Shown: positions 1 to 7,253 of the stretch, piece by piece | Layout of the letters: each line of letters opens with the position of its first letter | Position numbering within the stretch: position 1 is the first letter of the stretch | IMG/VR virus record: IMGVR_UViG_3300010224_000034 | Coordinates: 1-26,633 of that record | From: a virus | Lineage: Duplodnaviria; Caudoviricetes | DNA: 26,633 bases | Strand: one strand, 5' to 3' | The notes under the pieces: model-generated | Told to the model about the DNA's origin: nothing | Database searches by the model: none | The model's input: the letters and a program-made list of their open reading frames with translations, nothing else | Program-made: the position numbers and the translations under genes

Positions 1-178
1 GGACCAGCGGACGCAGCTCGTTCGGCGGGATCAGTCCGGCGTTGCGCGAGGCCACAGAGCGGAGAGCGGCCACGTAGGCGTCCCACTCGTCGCGCTCGCT
101 AGGGATCGACGGCTCGGCGAGGCAGGAGAGGAGGTCGGCGGTCTCGTCGTCCACCGGGGACCACGTCGGCGCGCTCAT
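1..178 (-). CDS. Hypothetical early phage protein (partial, runs off the window)
   Basis: ATG at 178 overlaps the upstream stop (ATGA). Reads MSAPTWSPVDDETADLLSCLAEPSIPSERDEWDAYVAALR... with no stop before position 1. Confidence 0.7.
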   Translation of the reverse strand, partial: MSAPTWSPVDDETADLLSCLAEPSIPSERDEWDAYVAALRSVASRNAGLIPPNELRPLV

Positions 179-261
179 CGCTTGCCCCTCGGCATCCCAG
201 GGACGCGGCAGCCGTTGCGGAGGATGACCTGCTCGCGCGGGGTGGGTGCGGGGGTGGTCAT
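175..261 (-). CDS. 28-aa microprotein
   Basis: MTTPAPTPREQVILRNGCRVPGMPRGKR. ATGA overlaps at both ends (258-261 and 175-178) suggest translational coupling. Below the ORF-track cutoff. Confidence 0.5.
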   Translation of the reverse strand: MTTPAPTPREQVILRNGCRVPGMPRGKR

Positions 262-479
262 GACGCATCCCGCTCGGTCGGCAGGCGGTCGGCGTAGGAG
301 CGGACGGACGCGAGTCGGACCAGCCGGCGCTTGCCGTGGTACTGGGCCTCAAGTTCGCCTTGGTCGCAAAGCTGGTAGACAGACCACGGCGTGAGAGAGA
401 GGATGCGAGCCGTCTCCTTCACCGAGATGAAGATCGGCTCTAGTTCGCCCGTGGTGTGTGGCGGGTTTTGGCGGGGCAT
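258..479 (-). CDS. xis: Excisionase / Cro-like HTH_17 DNA-binding protein
   Basis: SVKETARILSLTPWSVYQLCDQGELEA...GKRRLV is a typical MerR-like winged-helix Xis pattern. Divergent from the repressor. ATG at 479 fits a leaderless promoter. Confidence 0.85.
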   Translation of the reverse strand: MPRQNPPHTTGELEPIFISVKETARILSLTPWSVYQLCDQGELEAQYHGKRRLVRLASVRSYADRLPTERDAS

Positions 480-486
480 GGTGGGA

Positions 487-516
487 AATCTGCCACGCGA
501 CACCGGTCCTGCGCAA
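487..516 (-). promoter_or_regulatory. Putative leftward (lytic) promoter, leaderless
   Basis: Minus strand: TTGCGC-18 nt-CAGATT with a TGn extension, 7 nt before the xis ATG. No Shine-Dalgarno sequence. Confidence 0.5.
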
Positions 517-624
517 CCGAACAGCCGAAAATGGTCGAAAATAGTTGGTCTCGGCAGGTATCAGGCGGGATCTAGCGGCCTCATGGTGGGCGTGAACACG
601 TCCCTGGTTCTGGCCGAAGATTCG

Positions 625-652
625 GTGCGCAGCCCTCTTGACAGTGCAGGAT
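625..652 (+). promoter_or_regulatory. Putative repressor promoter, leaderless
   Basis: GTGCGC-16 nt-CAGGAT, 8 nt before the ATG at 661. No Shine-Dalgarno sequence. Confidence 0.4.
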
Positions 653-660
653 GTAGCCCC

Positions 661-1053
661 ATGACCGACCCCACCCCGTCCGAGACTGACCGTCAGCGCA
701 TCGGACGCGAGTTGAGTGACATTGCCAGCCGACTTGGTGCCAGCGACCGCGACTTGGCGAGGCGCTTCGGCGTTGACCGCGGGACCATCGTCAAGGTCTT
801 CGACGGTGACGAGTCAGTGCGCCCCCGCAAGTGGGCCGAGGTCGAGTCGAAGATCCGCGCGCTCGACGAGGAGATGGACACTGAGCGCGACGAAGAGCCG
901 GCCGAGGAAGACATTGTGGAGATCCGGGCCTCTGGGAACTTCGGCGTCGACATCGTGGTGCGTGGCCCGGTGTCCGACCTGGCGCAGCTCGAGGACGCAG
1001 TCGTTCGGCTCGTCAAGCGGATGAGCGGCGGCGCAAACGGGACAGATCAGTAG
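661..1053 (+). CDS. Immunity repressor (XRE-like HTH)
   Basis: N-terminal HTH SDRDLARRFGVDRGTIVKVFDG, acidic linker and small C-terminal domain. Divergent from xis and next to the integrase. Start placed at ATG 661 rather than 391. Confidence 0.8.
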   Translation: MTDPTPSETDRQRIGRELSDIASRLGASDRDLARRFGVDRGTIVKVFDGDESVRPRKWAEVESKIRALDEEMDTERDEEPAEEDIVEIRASGNFGVDIVVRGPVSDLAQLEDAVVRLVKRMSGGANGTDQ

Positions 1054-1129
1054 CCGATCGGTCATTACTCGCCGGTTCGGCATCGACCGTCGTTACTGGC
1101 GATTTACTCTTCTGCTACCCGCGCGACGC

Positions 1130-1348
1130 ATGATGGACGTCGCGCTTAATCTCTTGGGAGTGTGGTGCCCGATGCCAAACCGTGTGGTGCTCGTCGCTGA
1201 CGACGAGTTGCCGATCGAGCAGGACTGGGCCTACGCCGCCAGCACCGCCGGCGAGTGGATCTTCGTCAAGGCGTCTCGGATGTGCCCGAGTCTTCTGTCG
1301 CAGGTGCTGGCGGTAGTGCCGCCGCCCCGGTTGCGCGCGGCTGGCTGA
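1130..1348 (+). CDS. Small hypothetical protein downstream of repressor
   Basis: Protein-like composition (NRVVLVADDELPIEQDWAYAAS...EWIFVKAS). Start uncertain (1130 or 1172). The 3' end overlaps the integrase tail convergently. Confidence 0.5.
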   Translation: MMDVALNLLGVWCPMPNRVVLVADDELPIEQDWAYAASTAGEWIFVKASRMCPSLLSQVLAVVPPPRLRAAG

Positions 1349-2492
1349 GCAGCGCCTCCACCTGGGCGAGCGCGGACCTCATCCGTTCGATCTCGGCCGA
1401 CTGGTAGCCGTGGGTGATCTGCACCGAGGCGTGCCCGAGGATCTGGGCGACAAGCCGGTCTGGGATGCCCGCGGCCTCCATGACGGATGACGCGGTGTTG
1501 CGGGCGGCGTGTAGCGCGATCTGCGGCAGGCTCAGCGAGTCGAGCAGCGTCCACCACGCCTTGAGGTCCGCGCTCGGGTGGATGGGGCTTCCGTCCTCGC
1601 GCGCGAACACCAGCGCGTCGTCGGCCGGCGGATCGTCGAGGTTGACGAGGGCGAGACGGATGCGGGCCTCCATCATCGGGAGGATGGGGATGGTGCGCCG
1701 CGAGGTCTTCGACTTCGGGGTGCCGAACGTGAGCCCCCCGCGCTTGCCGAGGTTGACGAGGGTCTGTTCGATGCGGATCACCTTGGCGTCGAGGTCGACG
1801 TCTCCCCAGCGCAGGCCGAGCACTTCGCCTTGCCGCATCCCGTAGAACACGGCGAGCCACCAGCGGAGCGCGTCGGTGGCGCGCAGGAGGCCGAGGGCTT
1901 GCTCGAGCGTCAGTCCCTTGCGGTGGTTCTTGGGCGCGCTCGGTCGGGCTACTCGGTCGCAGGGGTTGGCGGCGAGTCGGCCCTCCTTCACGGCGTCTCC
2001 GAGGGCTTTGGCGAGGATCGCGTGAGCCTGCAGGATGGTGGCGGGCTTCCGTCCCGCGTCGCGCATGGCGTCGTGCAGGGCGCGGATGTGTTCGGGCCGG
2101 ACTTCGGTGAGCTTGCGCTTGCCGAGGTTCGGGATGAGGTGCGTGTTCACGTAGCCGCGATACCCGAGAAGGGTCTTCGGTTTGAGGTTGCGGGCGGCGA
2201 TGTTGTCGAGCCAGTAGGTGAGCCACGCTTCGACGGTCTCTTTGGATAGGACGAGTGTCCCGGCGTCGCGTTCTCGGATCGCCTTGGTGAGTGCGGTCCT
2301 CGCGGCTGCCTGGGTGCGTCCGTACACGTACTTGCGGCGCACTCCCCCGCCCGGTTGCTTGACGTCGAGGGTGCCGACCCATCGGCCGCGGCAGGTGTGG
2401 TCTGCGCGCTGGCCGTCGACGAGTGGCGGGCAGGTCGGGTGGTCGTGGCGTTGGATCAGGCCGCCGTCGCCTTTGGTTCGCCGCTTGGTCAT
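1266..2492 (-). CDS. int: Tyrosine integrase
   Basis: Catalytic set visible: GMRQGE (R), TPKS (K), HAAR (H-x-x-R), LGH and THGY (Y). N-terminal arm-binding and SAM-like core-binding regions. Adjacent to attP. Confidence 0.97.
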   Translation of the reverse strand: MTKRRTKGDGGLIQRHDHPTCPPLVDGQRADHTCRGRWVGTLDVKQPGGGVRRKYVYGRTQAAARTALTKAIRERDAGTLVLSKETVEAWLTYWLDNIAARNLKPKTLLGYRGYVNTHLIPNLGKRKLTEVRPEHIRALHDAMRDAGRKPATILQAHAILAKALGDAVKEGRLAANPCDRVARPSAPKNHRKGLTLEQALGLLRATDALRWWLAVFYGMRQGEVLGLRWGDVDLDAKVIRIEQTLVNLGKRGGLTFGTPKSKTSRRTIPILPMMEARIRLALVNLDDPPADDALVFAREDGSPIHPSADLKAWWTLLDSLSLPQIALHAARNTASSVMEAAGIPDRLVAQILGHASVQITHGYQSAEIERMRSALAQVEALLSQPRATGAAALPPAPATEDSGTSETP

Positions 2493-2764
2493 CGCGACTC
2501 TGCGGGCGGTGTGACGCGGAGCGCGCCGAGCAGGCGGTGGGCGGTCATCACGGCCTCGCGGTGCACCTCAACGCTCGGCTCGCGGTCGGCGGTGTCCATC
2601 GTCTGCTCAAGGAGTTCCCAGGCCACGGCGTGCACGGCGCGGGCGTAGATCACGTCGGCCTCGATGTTCTCCCAGCCGTCGTGCTCTGCCAGCACCATCC
2701 AGCGGCGGTGCTCGTCCTCGGTGAGGGCCGCGTCAAACTCGGCGGACTGTCGTACATCGCTCAT
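2489..2764 (-). CDS. Hypothetical acidic helical protein coupled to int
   Basis: MSDVRQSAEFDAALTEDEHRRW... with GGAG upstream. Its stop overlaps the int ATG (ATGA). Confidence 0.7.
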   Translation of the reverse strand: MSDVRQSAEFDAALTEDEHRRWMVLAEHDGWENIEADVIYARAVHAVAWELLEQTMDTADREPSVEVHREAVMTAHRLLGALRVTPPAESR

Positions 2765-2787
2765 TGCATGCTCCACTTCACTCGGCC

Positions 2788-2810
2788 TGACACACTAAGT
2801 TGACACACTA
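2788..2810 (+). repeat. Integrase arm-type sites, left arm
   Basis: TGACACACTA at 2788-2797 and 2801-2810. Confidence 0.75.
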
Positions 2811-2886
2811 TCGCACAGTATCCCGCCAAACTCCACCACACCGGGTCACGCGGAGAACCAGCCATTTCCCGCCTAATTCTACCCCT

Positions 2887-2939
2887 AGCAGCGGACTTTT
2901 AATCCGTTAGTTGTGGGTTCGAGTCCCACAGGGCCTACC
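2887..2939 (+). other. attP common core = 3' part of tRNA-Lys(UUU)
   Basis: Anticodon arm GCGGA-CTTTTAA-TCCGT, T arm GTGGG-TTCGAGT-CCCAC and 3' acceptor strand AGGGCCT-ACC. No 5' acceptor strand or D arm upstream. Exact core limits need the host sequence. Confidence 0.9.
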
Positions 2940-2989
2940 TAGGTTTACCAGCACAAACGGCCTCAGCGCCACCGTTGGCGAACAAGCCT

Positions 2990-3009
2990 TGACACACAAT
3001 CTGACACAC
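2990..3009 (+). repeat. Integrase arm-type sites, right arm
   Basis: TGACACAC at 2990-2997 and 3002-3009, same orientation as the left pair. Confidence 0.75.
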
Positions 3010-3049
3010 GAACGGCATCGGAACGCCGAACGCCCGCCCCACAACGCAC

Positions 3050-3085
3050 GAAAGCCCCGCCCTCCCAGATCGGGAGAGCGGGGCT
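3050..3085 (-). terminator. Intrinsic terminator ending the late operon
   Basis: Minus strand AGCCCCGC-T-CTCCC-gatct-GGGAG-G-GCGGGGCT followed by TTCGT, about 35 nt after the tailspike stop. Confidence 0.75.
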
Positions 3086-3121
3086 CGTGGTGTAGCGGTG
3101 GCGCTGGGTGGCGGTTGAGGG

Positions 3122-5911
3122 TCAGTAGGTAGCGCCGGTGAACAGGTGCTTCCAGCTCGTGCCGTCGCACACCACCGGCCCCACTCCGCACGAGAGGCCG
3201 GAGTTGGTGTTGTAGGCCATCGCGTTGGCGCTCTTGGTGATGACCGAGAGGTCGGCCTCGGTGGTCAGCGACTTGGTGGTCACGACCTGCGTCCCGTCGC
3301 GGTAGACCGGCTTCTCGGACCCGGCCCGGCGCAGTCCGGCACCCGACACGGTGACCGGCGTGGCCCCGCTGCTGAACAGGGCCACCACGCCGCCGACCGA
3401 GTCGATGGTGTTGATGTCGAGGTCGTCGTAGAACACCGACACGGGAAGCTTGGTCTTCACCACGGCCTGCGCGTCGTTGACCTTCGATGAGGTCACCGTG
3501 ACCTTGGAGTAGGTGCCGGTGTCGAGGTAGACGACTCCCTGGATCTTGGTGGCGACCGCGCCTCGGATGAGGATGTCCTCGACGACGGCGCTGCCCGCGC
3601 ACCAAAGCAGGTAGACGTTGTTGCCGGTCGGCCTGGCGCCGTGGACGACGACCGCGTCATTGATCTTGACCCGGCGCACCGTGGCTGCGTTGATCTCGAC
3701 CGGGTTGGTGCTGGCTGCTGCCCCCGTCTGCCACTGTGCTGGCCTGTTGATGATGAGATCTTCGACCGTTGTGTTGGTCTGCCCGACGTAGACCCCGCGG
3801 GCGGCGTTGGCATGACGTGCGACCGGGTCGCTGATCGTGACCCGCTTGATGGCGGTCGGGCGGGCGCTGTCGAAGGCAGCCGGTCCGAGTCGGACGCCCA
3901 TCTTCGCCGACTGGAGGTTGACGATCCCGTTAACGGCGAGCTCGTCTCCGGTGCCGTCGACCTGGAGCACGTCGCTGTTATGGGCGGTGGGGTGGATGTC
4001 GGCGAACTCGACTCGCCCGAACGACCCGCCGCGGCGACCGGGGTTGTTGTTGTCGGCGTTGAGGAAGGCCACGCCGACCGCGGCGGTGGTGTACGCGCCG
4101 GTCGTGGCGTCGCGGTAGAAGGTGTACTCACCCTTGATGCCGTGGACCTTGATCGCGTCGAAGCGGCGGTTGGTGCCCATCAGCATCCGAACCGCAGAGG
4201 GAGCGTCGACGCCCTGGATGTCTGCGACGTCGACGTTGACGATGTCACCCTCGGAGGCCGTCTGGTTGGGCCACTCCACCAGCGACATTCCGACGAGGTC
4301 GTCGCCAGTGTGGCCATAGAAGCCGCGCCCTCGCCAGCCGTTGCCGGGACCGAGGACGTGGATGCCGTCTGACCCGGTATCGAAGGTCAGGTTGTCGGTA
4401 ACGAGGTTGGTGAAGTCCGCGACGGCGATGGCCCACTTGTAGGCGTGCTTCACCGTCAGGTCGCGCAGAACGAGCCCGTCGACCTTCTGGAGGTTGAAGC
4501 CGTGCCCGATGTAGCGCGACGCCTGCCATCCCTCGCCCGCACCGATGTTGTTGGCAGCGTTGCAGTCCCAGATGCCTCCGATGATGGCGATGTTGCTGGT
4601 CCGGGCGAACGTGGTCCCCACGACGGGGAACGTGCCCGCGCCGTCCGGGGTCGCCCCGGTGTCGGTGAAGGTGACGGTCTGGTCGAACGCGGGCGCGACC
4701 GCAGTCAGGTTCTTGACGAGGGTGTCTGCGACGCCAGGGCTGGTGCCCCGCCAGATCTGATAGGACACGATCCGCGTCACGTCGCCGATGCGTGGGGTCT
4801 GCCAGGACAGCGCGATCGAGCCGGTCGAGCCGGTGGTCGTGGCCGACACCTGCAGAGAGGCGACAGTCGTCTTGCCGTCCGAGGTGGTCGCGGACACCCG
4901 GTAGTAGTAGGTGCCGGCGGCGAGCGTGCCGCCCGTGGTGGCCGGGGTCGCCGTCAGGGTCCGCGGGGCGAGGAGGATGCTCGCCATCGCGGCCGTCTCG
5001 ACCAGATAGCCGCAGTTCGCGAGCGCGGTGACGGTGGCGCGGCTGGCGTCGATGGTCTGCCCACTCGCCAGCCGAACCGCAGAGCCGATCGAGAAGTCAC
5101 CGACCATCACCAGCCGTGAGCGCGTTGCCGCAGCAGCGAGCGACGTCAGGGCGGCATTGATCTGCGGGGCATCATCCGCGCCACCGCCCAGCGGCGTGAT
5201 GGTCTGTGTGGCCGACGCAATCGCCGCGTCCAGCGCCGTCCGGGTCGCGGTGGCGGGCGTCTCGATCCGGTCAGCCACGAACGCATCCGAGTCGACCAAG
5301 GTGGCGGGGAGGTCGGTCGCGACCTCGGCACCCGAGTCCAGCGTCGCGACCAGTGCGTCACCGACCACAGACAGCGACGCGATGCCGACGCCGCGCGGAC
5401 CCTGCACGATCGGGGTTCCGCCGGCGGTGGGAACCGGCATCAGGTCGACGAGGTCGGCGACCAGCGACCCGACAGGCAGCCCGAGTGCGGTGGCCTCGGC
5501 CTCGTCATCGACCTCGCGCACCGTGTCGGCGGCGATGCGGACGTTGACCTGCCCGAAGCCGACCGTCGTCCCGGCAGCCTTCACGCCGACGAACTGCACG
5601 GTGTGGGTCGCCTTGCCGTCAGGAACGACCGGGTTGACCTTGCTCGAGGTCATGTCGACCACCGACACACGGCGCAGGCCGGAGCGGGTCATGTAGCCGG
5701 AAGAGTCCAGCGTGGCCTCGATGACGGCGTTGCCTGCGGACCAGCCGATCGGGGACGCGCCCGACACCTTCGTGTAGGTGTTGACGGGGGTCAGGCGCAC
5801 CGTGCCCTCATCGCACCAGATGATGTCGGGGTCCTCGTCAGGGTCCCCGCCGTCGCCCGCGGTGAGGCCGAAGCGTCCGACGACCTTGATGAAGTCGAGA
5901 TCCGCAGCCAC
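3122..5911 (-). CDS. Tailspike / depolymerase-like protein with right-handed beta-helix (pectate-lyase-like)
   Basis: GTG at 5911 with GGAGAGG SD. ADDAPQINAAL cap motif, then beta-helix-type repeats (GSDGIHVLG, TGDDLVG, GH28/pectate-lyase-like). 929 aa. Confidence 0.75.
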   Translation of the reverse strand: MAADLDFIKVVGRFGLTAGDGGDPDEDPDIIWCDEGTVRLTPVNTYTKVSGASPIGWSAGNAVIEATLDSSGYMTRSGLRRVSVVDMTSSKVNPVVPDGKATHTVQFVGVKAAGTTVGFGQVNVRIAADTVREVDDEAEATALGLPVGSLVADLVDLMPVPTAGGTPIVQGPRGVGIASLSVVGDALVATLDSGAEVATDLPATLVDSDAFVADRIETPATATRTALDAAIASATQTITPLGGGADDAPQINAALTSLAAAATRSRLVMVGDFSIGSAVRLASGQTIDASRATVTALANCGYLVETAAMASILLAPRTLTATPATTGGTLAAGTYYYRVSATTSDGKTTVASLQVSATTTGSTGSIALSWQTPRIGDVTRIVSYQIWRGTSPGVADTLVKNLTAVAPAFDQTVTFTDTGATPDGAGTFPVVGTTFARTSNIAIIGGIWDCNAANNIGAGEGWQASRYIGHGFNLQKVDGLVLRDLTVKHAYKWAIAVADFTNLVTDNLTFDTGSDGIHVLGPGNGWRGRGFYGHTGDDLVGMSLVEWPNQTASEGDIVNVDVADIQGVDAPSAVRMLMGTNRRFDAIKVHGIKGEYTFYRDATTGAYTTAAVGVAFLNADNNNPGRRGGSFGRVEFADIHPTAHNSDVLQVDGTGDELAVNGIVNLQSAKMGVRLGPAAFDSARPTAIKRVTISDPVARHANAARGVYVGQTNTTVEDLIINRPAQWQTGAAASTNPVEINAATVRRVKINDAVVVHGARPTGNNVYLLWCAGSAVVEDILIRGAVATKIQGVVYLDTGTYSKVTVTSSKVNDAQAVVKTKLPVSVFYDDLDINTIDSVGGVVALFSSGATPVTVSGAGLRRAGSEKPVYRDGTQVVTTKSLTTEADLSVITKSANAMAYNTNSGLSCGVGPVVCDGTSWKHLFTGATY

Positions 5912-5912
5912 G

Positions 5913-6110
5913 TCAGGCGTCCTCTCCGTCAGTGCTGGCGGGCACGTTGAGGCCAGCGAGGGCGAACGCGCCCGTGACCTCGGCACCCCAGAGGGTCATC
6001 TCGAGGTCGCCGATCCAGCCCTTCGCGCGGGCGTAGACGACGACCGGCGTCCCGAGAGCGTTCAGGCAATAGAGCGCGATGCGCCAGGGCTTCGACAGGT
6101 TGACGGTCAT
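5913..6110 (-). CDS. Holin
   Basis: 65 aa, two hydrophobic segments (RIALYCLNALGTPVVVY; AEVTGAFALAGLNV) and an acidic tail. GAGGAG SD before ATG 6110. Lies in the lysis region. Confidence 0.7.
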   Translation of the reverse strand: MTVNLSKPWRIALYCLNALGTPVVVYARAKGWIGDLEMTLWGAEVTGAFALAGLNVPASTDGEDA

Positions 6111-6112
6111 GG

Positions 6113-6373
6113 TCACTCCTCGATCTCGGGGCGGGTGACGTCGGCTTGCTCGACGAGCTCGGCGACGGCTTGGACGGTCTTGCGGAGGATGTGCGGGCCA
6201 AACCAGGCGTTGAAGGCCGCGAGCAGGCCGAGGAACAGCCACGGCGGCAGGCGCCGGATCCAGCGGCTGTAGGGCCAGCCGTCGGGGCCCTGGGATACCT
6301 CGACGGCCTCGTAGGCGAGTGGGAACGCGAGCGCTCCGAGGGCGAGCACGGCGTGCTTGCGAGCCGGGGTCAT
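6113..6373 (-). CDS. Two-TM membrane protein (holin/antiholin-like)
   Basis: AVLALGALAFPLAY and PWLFLGLLAAFNAWFG hydrophobic helices. Coupled to its neighbours. Confidence 0.7.
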   Translation of the reverse strand: MTPARKHAVLALGALAFPLAYEAVEVSQGPDGWPYSRWIRRLPPWLFLGLLAAFNAWFGPHILRKTVQAVAELVEQADVTRPEIEE

Positions 6374-6543
6374 CGCCGACGTCCGTGCGAACGCGAGGCG
6401 ACCCGGTCATGCCACCGGTCGTGGGTCGCCGCATCCTCGGCGACGGGCTGCAGGAGGCCGGCGCAGTCGTTGCAACGCCACACCAGCACCGGACCGGTCA
6501 CGTTCGGCAGAACCACCTGCGAGTAGCCGACTGGGGCGTTCAT
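6370..6543 (-). CDS. 57-aa C2H2-like zinc-finger microprotein
   Basis: MNAPVGYSQVVLPNVTGPVLVWRCNDCAGLLQPVAEDAATHDRWHDRVASRSHGRRR. ATGA overlaps at both ends and exactly fills the gap. Absent from the ORF track. Confidence 0.7.
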   Translation of the reverse strand: MNAPVGYSQVVLPNVTGPVLVWRCNDCAGLLQPVAEDAATHDRWHDRVASRSHGRRR

Positions 6544-7253
6544 GCCACATACCTCAGGCGCAGCCAGAGCGCCCGGTGGTCGAACCCGGCCTCCTCGCCC
6601 AGCAGCTTCGCCTTCGCGGGCCGCAGCCGGGTCGGATCGTAGAAGGCGCGGTCCACGGCACGACCGCCGAGCGAGGAGCCCTTGTAGATGACCTCGGCCA
6701 TCTTGAGTGCCCGCATCCGTGCGAACGGGAAGGCCGGGTCCTTGTGGCGGCGGTCGGCACGCCGGTCGATGTTCCAGTCCCCGAGCACGGTGACCCGTGC
6801 ACCCGAGGCCTTGAGGATCTCGATCGTGTCGTCGACGTCAGGGAAGTGCTCGTCGCGCGTGACGCGCCACGCCACACCGGGCAGCGGCCGGCCGCCGAGG
6901 TCGATGTGGCTGTTCGGGTGGACGTTGACCACGGCGAGCCCGTCGCCGAGCCGCACCCACACCAGCCCGCGGTCGGGCCAGCGGCCGGAGACGCCGTCGA
7001 CGGACTTCTTCGCGCCATGGTCGGTGACCGTGATGCCCTTGCGGACGAACACGGCGAGCTCGCACAGGCCGCCCGGGCCCTGGTACTTCCGGTAGCCCCA
7101 CAGCCTCAGTCCGGGCAGCGCTTCCTGGGTGGCGATGACGGCGGGCCGGTGCGCCCTCTTGATGCGGCGCAGGCGGGCGCGCTGCTCGCTGCGGCTGGCG
7201 GAGTGCTGCGGGTTGGAGAGGTTGACGCTGACGACGTCACGGCGGGCGGTCAC
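6540..7253 (-). CDS. Endonuclease/exonuclease/phosphatase (EEP) family protein
   Basis: Ordered EEP motifs: SVN, ATQE, VNVH, GDWN, VDR and FDH. GTG start overlaps the upstream stop (GTGA). Confidence 0.88.
   Translation of the reverse strand: MTARRDVVSVNLSNPQHSASRSEQRARLRRIKRAHRPAVIATQEALPGLRLWGYRKYQGPGGLCELAVFVRKGITVTDHGAKKSVDGVSGRWPDRGLVWVRLGDGLAVVNVHPNSHIDLGGRPLPGVAWRVTRDEHFPDVDDTIEILKASGARVTVLGDWNIDRRADRRHKDPAFPFARMRALKMAEVIYKGSSLGGRAVDRAFYDPTRLRPAKAKLLGEEAGFDHRALWLRLRYVA

Noticed and set aside
638-643. Perfect TTGACA -35 hexamer
   Set aside because: No TANNNT at 16-19 nt spacing; that position falls on the repressor start codon.
391-660. N-terminal extension of the repressor given by the ORF track
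   Set aside because: It overlaps xis and the switch region. ATG 661 has a fitting promoter and sits just before the HTH.
661-1053. Integration-dependent immunity (attP inside the repressor gene)
   Set aside because: attP lies about 1.8 kb away, beyond int.
2821-2873. TCCCGCC at 2821 and 2867, also inverted at 564-570, as Xis sites
   Set aside because: A 7-mer that is likely by chance in GC-rich DNA. Not supportable without footprinting.
2860-2940. Complete tRNA-Lys gene
   Set aside because: The 5' acceptor strand and D arm are absent, so it is treated as the attP core.
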